A DNA stretch of 64,000 nt, from positions 65,343 through 129,342 of the forward strand of contig CAZHIA010000006.1 of NCBI GenBank assembly GCA_964532425.1, read 5' to 3'. The notes beneath the pieces were generated by a model, which had not been told where the DNA came from, did not search any database, and worked only from the letters and a program-made list of their open reading frames with translations. This DNA is from an uncultured Candidatus Saccharibacteria bacterium. Lineage in GTDB: Bacteria > Patescibacteriota > Doudnabacteria > UBA920. Below, piece after piece: positions 29,086 to 37,908 of the stretch. The first letter of the stretch is position 1, and the number at the start of each line of letters is the position of its first letter. A program made the translations under genes and the position numbers.

Positions 29086-29466
29086 ATGAAAAAAATACTC
29101 GTTATCGAAGATGACATTGCCATGCGGGAGATTGTCGTGCGCAAACTCTCCACAAACGGCTACGAAGTCAAACAGGCCGAGGACGGACAGAAGGCTCTGG
29201 AGCTGTTCGGTGCCGAGCATCCGGATTTGGTTCTGCTCGATCTGATGCTCCCCGTGGTTGACGGTTTCCATATTTTGGAAGCTATCCGCCATTACGATGA
29301 CAAGAAAATCGCCGATACGCCGGTCATAGTATTGAGTAATCTGTGGAGCAATCAGGATATCTTGCGGGCGCAGTCTTTAAATGTGCAAGGGTACATGGTC
29401 AAAGCCTATCATACCCCCGAGGAGATATTGGCCAAGGTTAACGAAGTGCTTGGTATCGGAAAATAA
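29086..29466 (+). CDS. Stand-alone response regulator receiver
   Basis: KKILVIEDD, PDLVLLDLMLP, VLSN, YMVK; divergent from the ligase operon. Confidence 0.92.
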   Translation: MKKILVIEDDIAMREIVVRKLSTNGYEVKQAEDGQKALELFGAEHPDLVLLDLMLPVVDGFHILEAIRHYDDKKIADTPVIVLSNLWSNQDILRAQSLNVQGYMVKAYHTPEEILAKVNEVLGIGK

Positions 29467-29478
29467 TTTTTAGGAAAC

Positions 29479-29520
29479 AAAATCCGTCCCGCCCTTTTCG
29501 AAAAGGGCGGGACGGATTTT
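29479..29520. terminator. Bidirectional terminator, perfect 42-bp palindrome
   Basis: AAAATCCGTCCCGCCCTTTTC-GAAAAGGGCGGGACGGATTTT between convergent genes. Confidence 0.75.
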
Positions 29521-29539
29521 TATTTGGCAGAGTATGAAA

Positions 29540-29812
29540 TTACAGGATGGAATCCTTTGCCTGCTTGGCAACGCGGAACTTCAGGACGGTCTTGGCCGGG
29601 ATCTGAATGGTCTCGCCAGTAGCCGGGTTGCGGCCCTGTCTGGCATCGCGATGCTTCTTCTGGAGTTTCCCGAGGCCCGGGATGGTGAATTCACCGGTCT
29701 TTTTGGTTTCTGCAACCGCGAGGTTCACGAGTGCTTCCATGAATTCGCCGGCTTCTTTGCGAGTCTTACCCAGCTTATCAGCCAGGGCCTGCAAGGTTTC
29801 TGACTTGGTCAT
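29540..29812 (-). CDS. hup: Histone-like DNA-binding protein HU
   Basis: MTKSE, IPGLGKL, ARQGRNPATGETIQIPAK.VLKFR. Confidence 0.95.
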   Translation of the reverse strand: MTKSETLQALADKLGKTRKEAGEFMEALVNLAVAETKKTGEFTIPGLGKLQKKHRDARQGRNPATGETIQIPAKTVLKFRVAKQAKDSIL

Positions 29813-29850
29813 ATTTTTTTGTTGTCTCCCTTTAATAATGTCTTCTCAGT

Positions 29851-30007
29851 GCCTGTTTTAAAAGTTGCTTTGAAGGAGAAATTGCAGAATTTCAGGCGGA
29901 TTGGCGCAAATAATTTTTGAGGTTTAGCCAAAGCTAAGCTGATAAAATTTTTGCGACAAACCGTCGAAATTCTGAAATTGCAGCCCAAATGAAGTTTTAA
30001 AACAGGC
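29851..30007. mobile_element. MITE-like non-coding element with terminal inverted repeats
   Basis: 13-bp perfect TIR GCCTGTTTTAAAA / TTTTAAAACAGGC plus nested internal inverted segments (AGAATTTC/GAAATTCT, CGCAAA/TTTGCG); no ORF. Confidence 0.5.
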
Positions 30008-30205
30008 TCTTAAATAATGGTAACAAAAAACCCAATAAAATCAAGGTATTTTAGAAAATTTTTCTTAAAAATAGCGGAAATATTGAGTATTTCCCATAAG
30101 ATGCAAAAAAATATGGCTTACATTAGCCATATTTTAGGAAATGATATTAAAAGTTGGTTCTAGTAAATATCCACAGCTTGAGTGGGAAAATCTTTATAGG
30201 ATGGG

Positions 30206-31249
30206 CTAAAACTTCGGGAGTATGAGCATTCCGTCACCGAAAGAGAATAGTCGAAGCTTGCGGTCAATTGCTTGGCGGTAGAGATTGAACAGCCGTTCCC
30301 TGCCCACCAAAGCCGAAACAAGCATAAGGAGACTGCTTTGCGGTACGTGAAAATTTGTAATGAGCCCATCCACGATTTGAAACTTGTAACCTGGTTTTAT
30401 GAACAGCGAGGTCTCTCCGCTGAAATGCTTGATCTGGCCGTTGTCAGCGGCAGATTCCAGTGTGCGAACCACGGTTGTGCCGACGGCAATCACTGGCCGT
30501 TCCTGTTGTTTAGCTTTGGCGATAGCCGCAGCGGTGGCGCGGGGGATGGAAAAATGTTCGGCATGGAGCGTGCTGGTCTGCCACTGTTCTTCCTTCAGGG
30601 GCGCAAAGGTGCCCAGGCCCACATCGAGGTTAACATACGCTATCTGAATTCCCTGCTTGCGCAGCTGTTGTAGTAACGTTCGGGAAAAATGCAGGCTGGC
30701 GGTTGGAGCTGCGACCGAACGCCCACTTTTGGCGAATACTGTTTGGTATTCCTTCTTGATCTGTGAAGGTGAAAGCGGCGTATTTTTGATGTATGGCGGG
30801 AGGGGGGTCGTACCTCGCCGTTCTAACAGAGGCAGGATCCCGATACTGTCGAGCATGGTCAATTCGTATAAGCCGCCATTTCGTCCGATGACTTTGGCGC
30901 AGGGCTTGCCATTGTAAAAAAGCGTCTGACCGTCTTTCAGACGCCGGTCAGCCATGGCTTGGAATTTTTTTCCGCGGTGATTGATATAAAGCAAATCCAC
31001 CCTTCCTCCGCTCTGCTTGAGCAGGCGCAGTCGCGCGGGAATAACCCGTGTTTGATTCACCACGAGCAGGCTGCCTTTCGGCAAGTATTTGCCGATATTC
31101 CGGAACACATCGAACGAGATGTCGTTTTTTTCTTGGCTGGCCACGAGCAGCCGGGCGCTGTCACGCGGTTTGGCCGGAGCGGTAGCAATAAGCTCCTTGG
31201 GAAACGAATAATCGTATAGTTTGAGGGTTTGTGCGAGAGTGTCCTTCAT
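30206..31249 (-). CDS. queA: S-adenosylmethionine:tRNA ribosyltransferase-isomerase
   Basis: YDYSFPKELIA..P..PRDSARLL, NQTRVIPARL, PLPPYI, YQTVFA, AAPTASLHF, AVGTTVVRTLES, TNFHVP, FSFGDGM. Confidence 0.96.
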   Translation of the reverse strand: MKDTLAQTLKLYDYSFPKELIATAPAKPRDSARLLVASQEKNDISFDVFRNIGKYLPKGSLLVVNQTRVIPARLRLLKQSGGRVDLLYINHRGKKFQAMADRRLKDGQTLFYNGKPCAKVIGRNGGLYELTMLDSIGILPLLERRGTTPLPPYIKNTPLSPSQIKKEYQTVFAKSGRSVAAPTASLHFSRTLLQQLRKQGIQIAYVNLDVGLGTFAPLKEEQWQTSTLHAEHFSIPRATAAAIAKAKQQERPVIAVGTTVVRTLESAADNGQIKHFSGETSLFIKPGYKFQIVDGLITNFHVPQSSLLMLVSALVGRERLFNLYRQAIDRKLRLFSFGDGMLILPKF

Positions 31250-31284
31250 GGTAGTAATCTCTAATATAACGAATATAGCACAAA

Positions 31285-31300
31285 TCCGCCAGCTGGCGGA
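31285..31300. repeat. TCCGCCAGCTGGCGGA palindrome flanked by an ACAAA direct repeat
   Basis: ACAAA (31280-84) / palindrome / ACAAA (31301-05); same 16-mer at 55097..55112 and a variant at 1800..1822. Confidence 0.75.
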
Positions 31301-31433
31301 ACAAATATCATGAATACATCGAATCTGCGAATTTGACGAATCTGCGAATAACTACGAATATACGAATTCGTTGAACATTCGTTGATTCGATAAATTATTA
31401 GATAAGCCGCCCCTCTTGGGCGGCTTATTCAAT

Positions 31434-31523
31434 CTATTCTTCCTCATCCTTGCTTTCGGAATCGTCGCCTTCAGGCGCACCATCCTGTTCTTTATCCGGA
31501 TCATCGTCTTGGTATGCAAACAT
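31434..31523 (-). CDS. 29-aa highly acidic small protein (not in ORF track)
   Basis: AAAGGAG SD then MFAYQDDDPDKEQDGAPEGDDSESKDEEE-stop, followed by the hairpin ATAAGCCGCCC-AAGAG-GGGCGGCTTAT. Confidence 0.5.
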   Translation of the reverse strand: MFAYQDDDPDKEQDGAPEGDDSESKDEEE

Positions 31524-31651
31524 CTTACACTCCTTTTGAGGGGGTTCCCCCTATTAATGTATTTGAATTTCAATTTCTCTTTCCTGGCAAAAAATAAGCA
31601 AGTTTTCATCATGCCGCTTGAGCGCGCCGGCCGATTGCGTCAATCATGAAT

Positions 31652-32512
31652 CTATCCGTTGACCACCTCTCCCCCATTGACATGAATAGTCTGGCCGGTT
31701 ATGTAAGACGCTTCGTCCGATGCGAGAAAAACATATGCCGGAGCGACTTCGTCCGGTTGTCCGGGGCGGCCAAGTGGTACATCTTTCCCGAAGTTTTCGA
31801 TTTTGTCCGGCGGAAAGGTGGAGGGAATGAGCGGGGTCCAAATGGGGCCGGGTGCGACGGCATTGACGCGAATGCCCTTTGCAGCGAGCTGTAAGGACAG
31901 GGACCTGGTGAACGTGACAATCGCCCCTTTGGTCGAAGAGTAATCGAGCAGTGCCGGATTGCCTTTGTACGCGGTAATGGAAGCGGTGTTAATGATGCAT
32001 GAGCCTGGTTTGAGGAGCGGTAAAGCCGCTTTGGACAGATAGAACATGGAAAAAATATTGGTCCGGAATGTGCGTTCCAGTTGCTGCTGGCTGATCTGCT
32101 CAAGGCTTTCTGCTGTATGCTGTTCTCCCGCATTATTGACAACGATATCCAGTTTGCCGAATTGTTGGTTGGCCTGGTTGACGGCTTGCTGGCAGAATGA
32201 TTCCTCTCCTACATCTCCGGCGAGCAGAGTGCACTTCCTCCCCTGCTGTTCAACCAACTGCCGCGTATCCTGTGCATCCTTATCTTCGTTCAAGTAGACA
32301 ACGAGGATGTCCGCTCCCTCGCGGGCAAAGGCCACGGCCACTGCCCTGCCAATACCGCTGTCGCCGCCGGTGATGATCGCAGTCTTGCCCTTGAGCCTGC
32401 CGCCGCTCTTTATTTCCTGCTTAATCGTACTCGGTTGCGGCTGCATGGTTGATTGCTGTCCTGGTTGGGATTGCTCCACGGTCGGTGTGCCGCTGATCGG
32501 GTCCTGGGCCAT
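31652..32512 (-). CDS. SDR oxidoreductase, general-stress YhdF/YdaD type
   Basis: Q-rich N-terminus, TGGDSGIGRAVA, NNAGEQ, YSSTKGAI, VAPGPIWTPLIP, GRPGQPDEVAP. Confidence 0.92.
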   Translation of the reverse strand: MAQDPISGTPTVEQSQPGQQSTMQPQPSTIKQEIKSGGRLKGKTAIITGGDSGIGRAVAVAFAREGADILVVYLNEDKDAQDTRQLVEQQGRKCTLLAGDVGEESFCQQAVNQANQQFGKLDIVVNNAGEQHTAESLEQISQQQLERTFRTNIFSMFYLSKAALPLLKPGSCIINTASITAYKGNPALLDYSSTKGAIVTFTRSLSLQLAAKGIRVNAVAPGPIWTPLIPSTFPPDKIENFGKDVPLGRPGQPDEVAPAYVFLASDEASYITGQTIHVNGGEVVNG

Positions 32513-32629
32513 AAAAGAAATTGGTTAATATCTAGGTGTGAGACGGGAACTTTGAAAAATGCTTACAAAAAATATGCATTTTCTTATACCAAGAAAATGC
32601 ATATTTTTGAGGTGGGCGGATGGAGGTTG

Positions 32630-32989
32630 CTAGATAGTCTGGTGCGGATTCGGATGACGGTTGAAGGCGTGGATGACAGTATTGATGAAAAACAAGACCA
32701 CGGAAAACAGCATAGCTTTCCAAAATCCAGGTACATAAAAGCCGGAGACGATAGAGCTTGTCAGCATAATAAGCAGCGCGTTAATGACCAGCGTAAATAG
32801 TCCGAGCGTTAAAATGTTGATCGGCAGGGTCAGTACCAGAAGAATGGGGCGCAGGGTAGCATTAATGAGTCCCAAGACTATAGCTGTGACGAGGGCCGGC
32901 ATTATTCCATCGATACGCACACCCGGAATGAGATACGCGGTGACGGCAATAGCCGCCGCAGCCAGGATCCAGTTGATAAAAATTTTCAT
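32630..32989 (-). CDS. YvlD / phage-holin-4 family membrane protein
   Basis: VLGLINATLRPILLVLTLPINILTLGLFTLVINA. Confidence 0.88.
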   Translation of the reverse strand: MKIFINWILAAAAIAVTAYLIPGVRIDGIMPALVTAIVLGLINATLRPILLVLTLPINILTLGLFTLVINALLIMLTSSIVSGFYVPGFWKAMLFSVVLFFINTVIHAFNRHPNPHQTI

Positions 32990-33097
32990 AGGTAGTTTGA
33001 TAATTAATTACATTATACCATTATGGCTTACTCTTGACTTAAAATTTAATATATACTATATTGGTCGGTCGGGAAAACCTACAAAAAGGAGGTAGTT

Positions 33098-33433
33098 ATG
33101 CTGCAATTTATGTGGGAGCTCGGTGCTGCGGCAGGGACAGTAGCACTGCTGATCGCCTGGAACTGGCAAAAGGTAGGCCACCTGTTCCAGAAGCCTCATT
33201 TGTGGTTCATCGTAGGCATAGCAATGTGTTTGATGTTCCTGTTGCTCGCTCTTGGGCATGGGGTGGCCGCCATATCCTTCACTCTCAGTAAAATACTGGC
33301 CGTGGTGGTGACACATCAGTGGCCGGTTGTCGGTCCTACATTCCAAGTACTCGGTAGCGTTGTCGTAATCGTCTTGGTCCAGGCCAGGATGTTCATGCCA
33401 TGCTTTGTTCTATTGACGAAAAAGGCCGCGTAG
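33098..33433 (+). CDS. Hypothetical membrane protein
   Basis: TTGACT..TATACT promoter-like element, SD AAGGAGGT, hydrophobic. Confidence 0.55.
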   Translation: MLQFMWELGAAAGTVALLIAWNWQKVGHLFQKPHLWFIVGIAMCLMFLLLALGHGVAAISFTLSKILAVVVTHQWPVVGPTFQVLGSVVVIVLVQARMFMPCFVLLTKKAA

Positions 33434-33537
33434 TTTTCCGCGGAGTCCGCCTCAGGTGGGCTCCGCATTTTATATACTGTGCCATTTCAAAAAGAAAGCA
33501 GTCCGCCAACCGAAGTTGACGGACTGCAAGATGCGCG

Positions 33538-34197
33538 TTACCGCGAAAGCGGGAGAGAACCGGCCAGCCGCTGCTGGACATGCGAGCCGTGGGTCCCAAG
33601 TGTCTGGAACCAGAACTCGAATCGCGGCGACTTCTTACATGGCTGGAAATCGAAACCCGCGAGCGGCTTACCGGTCACCGAGCCGTCGCCGGCAAGCAGC
33701 ATGCCGGTCCCAACGATCAGTCCGATCTTCTTGGTCACCTGGTAGCGGACGCGGGCCCGTTCAAGTACGAACTGGACGTGGGACTTATCGTTGAGCGGCA
33801 GGTACGGGAAGAAGACTGCCTGGTAGTCCCACTTCTTCGATATACTGCCGCCGATGAACGTCCAGGGAAGAATAAACTTCTCCCCGATCGACTGGGTGCC
33901 GGAGGTGTGGATGTAGTACACCTCTTCGGTCAGACCGAAATGCTTCCGGTTGACCAGCGACCGACCGCCGCCTATGCCGAGTTGGCGATAAGCGTCGGCG
34001 TTCCCAAAATCCAAGTGGAACGCATCCGCGACGATCCAGTTTTTATACCGGACGTCTACTTCGCCGTAGTGATAACCGCCCGTCAGATGCTGGGCGGACA
34101 TGCTCTGCCGGGCATAATAGTCCAGCACAGGCTTTTCCTGTGCGACGGATAACCCGGAAAATGCCGCAAACAGCGTCAGGTACTGGGCGATGCGCAT
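33538..34197 (-). CDS. Exported beta-rich protein, outer-membrane-barrel-like pattern
   Basis: SD AAAGGAGG, signal peptide (..LSVA/QE), repeated alternating aromatic/hydrophobic strands. Confidence 0.6.
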   Translation of the reverse strand: MRIAQYLTLFAAFSGLSVAQEKPVLDYYARQSMSAQHLTGGYHYGEVDVRYKNWIVADAFHLDFGNADAYRQLGIGGGRSLVNRKHFGLTEEVYYIHTSGTQSIGEKFILPWTFIGGSISKKWDYQAVFFPYLPLNDKSHVQFVLERARVRYQVTKKIGLIVGTGMLLAGDGSVTGKPLAGFDFQPCKKSPRFEFWFQTLGTHGSHVQQRLAGSLPLSR

Positions 34198-34349
34198 AGA
34201 TAGTTGTCCTCCTTTAGGACCCTATAATATAGCACAAAAATAGATTTTTGTCAATAACTCCTCGATATAAAGGTCATATTTTCGCTGATATGTATTGACA
34301 ATTTACGTAAAAAAGTGTATAATAATGAGTTCCTGCAAGGAGGAAGATT

Positions 34350-34760
34350 ATGGAAACTACGCAAAAACCAGTCAGATTCTTTTGGATCAGAGTTTTTGAC
34401 GCTTCTGCACGGGGTGACGAGCAAAAGACGCCCCTTGTTGAAGCTGGCGGGCACAGGAAAACACTCGTAGGTAGACCGCCGAGATGTATTGAGGTCAACG
34501 ACCGGGTTGTCAGGTGCATCGACATGCATCATGATCTGGGGACTACTACGGCTGTTGAGGTCACCAACGACCTCATCAAGACTGAGGATGGAAGGGTGTG
34601 GGATCGGGTAAGTGGCTGGGAGTTGGTCGAAACAGACGGTGGATTCAAGGAATGCGAAAACGCGATGCATATTTGCGGCGACTTGTCCGGCGAAGACTCC
34701 TCTGTCATTCTAAACGCAGAGGATCTCAGGGAGTGGAAGAGTCGGAATCGCTATAGTTAA
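34350..34760 (+). CDS. Hypothetical protein
   Basis: TTGACA..TATAAT promoter-like element near 34296, SD AAGGAGG. Confidence 0.6.
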   Translation: METTQKPVRFFWIRVFDASARGDEQKTPLVEAGGHRKTLVGRPPRCIEVNDRVVRCIDMHHDLGTTTAVEVTNDLIKTEDGRVWDRVSGWELVETDGGFKECENAMHICGDLSGEDSSVILNAEDLREWKSRNRYS

Positions 34761-34888
34761 ACCGGCGACTGTGTGGTAATCCCCGCGTTCTTTATGGACG
34801 CGGGCTTTTTAATCCACTAAGGCCTTTACAATACTCAATTTCTCTGGTATGCTTGTATGTTTCAATGTAGAAATTCCAAGGGGGTAGT

Positions 34889-35302
34889 ATGGACGTTTTG
34901 ATCTTTGAAAGCGACTGGACGTTGGCCCAGACTTGGTGCCAGGCGGTGCTGTGCCGGAACAATGTGTTCGTGCTCAGTACTGAACATGCGTTAAATCGTT
35001 TTTTAGGGCAGTTCCGCGACACTATCGATCTGGCCATTATCAATCTCATGGGCCGCTGGGACAATGACGGCGAGCTCGTCCCCTGCCCTGATGACGTGGC
35101 GGACGGCGGCGTGGAAAACGCGGGCTTCCGCTGCGCGGACTATATTCGAGGCCACTCACCCAACGCCAAGATCATCATCTTTGCGTTCTTTGATGGTGAG
35201 GGGGTCTTGTCCAGGGCAGGAAGCGTCGCGGATGCGGTCGTTCGCAGTACGCGGCCGGAAGTAATGGCAGAAGCTGTTGCCAAGGTTCTTGGCAGATCCT
35301 GA
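34889..35302 (+). CDS. Atypical receiver-domain protein
   Basis: MDVLIFESD..DLAIINLM..AGFRCADYIR..PNAKIII; the phosphoacceptor position is N. Confidence 0.55.
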   Translation: MDVLIFESDWTLAQTWCQAVLCRNNVFVLSTEHALNRFLGQFRDTIDLAIINLMGRWDNDGELVPCPDDVADGGVENAGFRCADYIRGHSPNAKIIIFAFFDGEGVLSRAGSVADAVVRSTRPEVMAEAVAKVLGRS

Positions 35303-35419
35303 AAGATTGAACAAGGGTTTCAAAAATCTTGCCCGGCGCACACTTGTACGCCGGGTGTTTTTTATGGTTTGACGAGTGTTTGTGAATTATTTATGATGAG
35401 ATGTTGATAAAGGAGGAAT

Positions 35420-35938
35420 GTGCTTAACCGATTCTTGGATTGGATGGCCATGATTGATGCGCGGATCATTTCGCACCTTGAGAAAATTTGCCATCACCTG
35501 CAGCGTAATACCGGCATTACCAATTTCCACCTGGCGCGTTTTGCAGGGCTGTTGTTCATTGCAGCGTGCCTGCGTTCGATCAATTTTACTACCTGGCATG
35601 AACCATGGTGGGCAAAAGTCATCGTACTTGCCATAATCGGCGGGCTCGGATTTCAGTTTGAACTATGGGTAGAATTTGGTTTCGAACCGATGGCGCGTGA
35701 CTCTCTCAGGCGCGGCTTGAAAAATCCCATCCAGAGTAGCGGATTAATGATCGGTTTGCGGAACGGTTGTCTGATCGGTGTGGTTTTTGGATACATTCTG
35801 CCGACATTTATACCGATAGCAGGTTGGGTGTATCTCATATCCTGCACTCCCCTGCCTCCAGGCGAAAGCCGGCTGAAAAAATGGCTGAAGGGCTTGGCAG
35901 CGTTTAAGCTGATGCACCCTGCCAGCTCGCAAACTTAA
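35420..35938 (+). CDS. Hypothetical membrane protein
   Basis: SD AAGGAGG, GTG start, TM segments, terminator AAAAGGACTCC-TC-GGAGTCCTTTT after the stop. Confidence 0.6.
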   Translation: MLNRFLDWMAMIDARIISHLEKICHHLQRNTGITNFHLARFAGLLFIAACLRSINFTTWHEPWWAKVIVLAIIGGLGFQFELWVEFGFEPMARDSLRRGLKNPIQSSGLMIGLRNGCLIGVVFGYILPTFIPIAGWVYLISCTPLPPGESRLKKWLKGLAAFKLMHPASSQT

Positions 35939-36005
35939 AAGGACTCCTCGGAGTCCTTTTTTTGTATGCGCGACCGGAGATATGCAATCAATAAGAGAAA
36001 CCTAA

Positions 36006-37160
36006 TCAATCATGATTACTCTGGTATTTGTTTTTCAGATATCTTTTATTTTTCAATTTTTCCGGTAAGTAGCTTTCTTTGGAGTATTTCTCATAGCCTT
36101 CGCCATATCCAAGCTCTTTCATGAGTTTAGTCGGCGCGTTGCGAATGTTCAAGGGGATAGGCAGATTGCCAAAGGTTTTCACGTCTTCTAAGGCTTCAAA
36201 ATAGGCGTCGTGGCTGCTTCTATCCTTTTTGCATTGGCAGAGGTAGGCTACGCCATGGGCTAAATTGATCTGGGCTTCTGGTAGGCCGATAATTTCGCAG
36301 GCGCGGAACACGGCGTTGGCCACCACGAGTGCTGTGGGCTGGGCCAGGCCAATGTCTTCACTGGCAAAAATAACCATGCGCCGGGCAATAAACTTTGGGT
36401 CTTCGCCAGAGTCGATCATGCGCGCGAGATAATACAAGGCCGCATCCGTCTGGCTGGCACGCATGGATTTAATGAAGGCAGAGATGGTGTTGTAATGCTC
36501 TTCCCCCTGCTTGTCGTAGCGTAGGAATTTTGATTGCAGGGTGTTCTTCAGATTTTCAATTGTGATCTTGTCGTACAGGCTCAAGGTATTCTCGAGCATG
36601 GTAATGGCCTGGCGGGCATCTCCATTAGCCATGGCAATCAGCCAGTCCTTGGCGTCTTTCTTCATTTTGATCTTGGTCTGCTCGATGACCTTGGCCATGT
36701 CTTCGCTGGATAGTTCTCGCAGGGTAAACACGCGGCAGCGCGATAGAAGCGCCGGGATAACTTCGAATGACGGATTTTCCGTGGTGGCCCCGATCAGGTA
36801 CAAGCGGCCGGTCTCTACGAACGGCAACAAAAAATCCTGCTGGGCTTTGTTGAAGCGGTGGATCTCATCCAAAAACAAGATCTTTGGCTTGCCGAAGAAC
36901 GAAGGCTGGTCCACGATCTTTTTAATGTCGTCTTTGCCGGCCGAGACGGCTGACAATTCGAAAAACTCGGCATCTACTGCCTTGGCATAAATTCTGGCCA
37001 GCGTGGTCTTCCCTACCCCGGGCGGTCCCCACAGGATAAAGCTGAACAGGTGTTTCTGCTCGATGGCGATCCTTAAAGGCTTATCGTTACCGACCAAATG
37101 TTCCTGGCCGACAAAGGTCTCTAGAGACGCTGGTCTGATTTTTGAGGCTAAGGGCTCCAT
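36006..37160 (-). CDS. rarA: Replication-associated recombination protein A (MgsA/RarA)
   Basis: PLASKIRP, GPPGVGKTT, LDEIHRFNKAQQD, GATTENPSF, YDKQGEEHYNTISAFIKSMR, ASEDIGLA. Confidence 0.96.
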   Translation of the reverse strand: MEPLASKIRPASLETFVGQEHLVGNDKPLRIAIEQKHLFSFILWGPPGVGKTTLARIYAKAVDAEFFELSAVSAGKDDIKKIVDQPSFFGKPKILFLDEIHRFNKAQQDFLLPFVETGRLYLIGATTENPSFEVIPALLSRCRVFTLRELSSEDMAKVIEQTKIKMKKDAKDWLIAMANGDARQAITMLENTLSLYDKITIENLKNTLQSKFLRYDKQGEEHYNTISAFIKSMRASQTDAALYYLARMIDSGEDPKFIARRMVIFASEDIGLAQPTALVVANAVFRACEIIGLPEAQINLAHGVAYLCQCKKDRSSHDAYFEALEDVKTFGNLPIPLNIRNAPTKLMKELGYGEGYEKYSKESYLPEKLKNKRYLKNKYQSNHD

Positions 37161-37351
37161 AATAAGAATGACAAGATTGAACAGGATTGATCAAGATTGC
37201 CAAGATTTATAATTACATAATCAGTGTACCGCAAAAGTACCTTAATTTCCACCATGGTATATGCGGTCGCTCAATAAAAAAGCATGTATCATTTTCGGCC
37301 TAAAGCGATACATGCCTAAGTGGAATGGGTGAAAGAGTTTTCAGACAGCCT

Positions 37352-37840
37352 CTAAGTGAGGTCTGCCACTGTCGGATTGGCTAATGTTTTATAATCATCA
37401 GATCGTAACGCTACCGAAAACCTCCGGTCGCCGGCATTGAAGATGATTTTTTCGTTTTCAAACAATTTGGCATCCGCGTATACCGGGAGATTAAATAAAT
37501 TGCCGAACGGGGGCACGCCACCTGGCAGAACTCCGCCGGTTAACTCCCCTACTTCGCTTTCCGTGGCAAACCGCAGTTTGCGGGTAGCCAGCTGCTGCTG
37601 GGCCTTCTCTGAATCGAATCGCAAGTGTGCTGGTACGACGATCATTACGAACCTGCCGTCTTGTGAATTGTTATAGGCTTTGACGATTAGGGCTTTGGCT
37701 CCTTGTTCCAGTGAATACCCGGTCCTGACTGCCGCAGCTTCTTCCGATGTCCTGACTGCCGCATGTTCAAAAGTTTCAAACCAGCAGTGGCGGTTCGACA
37801 AAATCTCAATAATTTGATTGGCTACGGGGTGGTAATTCAT
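37352..37840 (-). CDS. YbaK/ProX aminoacyl-tRNA deacylase family
   Basis: H..VRTSEEAAAVR, GAKALIV, LRFAT, GGVPPFG, FNAG. Confidence 0.88.
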   Translation of the reverse strand: MNYHPVANQIIEILSNRHCWFETFEHAAVRTSEEAAAVRTGYSLEQGAKALIVKAYNNSQDGRFVMIVVPAHLRFDSEKAQQQLATRKLRFATESEVGELTGGVLPGGVPPFGNLFNLPVYADAKLFENEKIIFNAGDRRFSVALRSDDYKTLANPTVADLT

Positions 37841-37908
37841 ATTTGTAAATATTCCTTTTTTTGACGGCCGTCAAAAAATGGAATATGGAAGGACTTAAGA
37901 AATGCCGA

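Noticed and set aside
32630-32989. Prophage implied by a holin-family gene
   Set aside because: The YvlD family is commonly chromosomal, and no integrase, terminase, capsid or endolysin is nearby.
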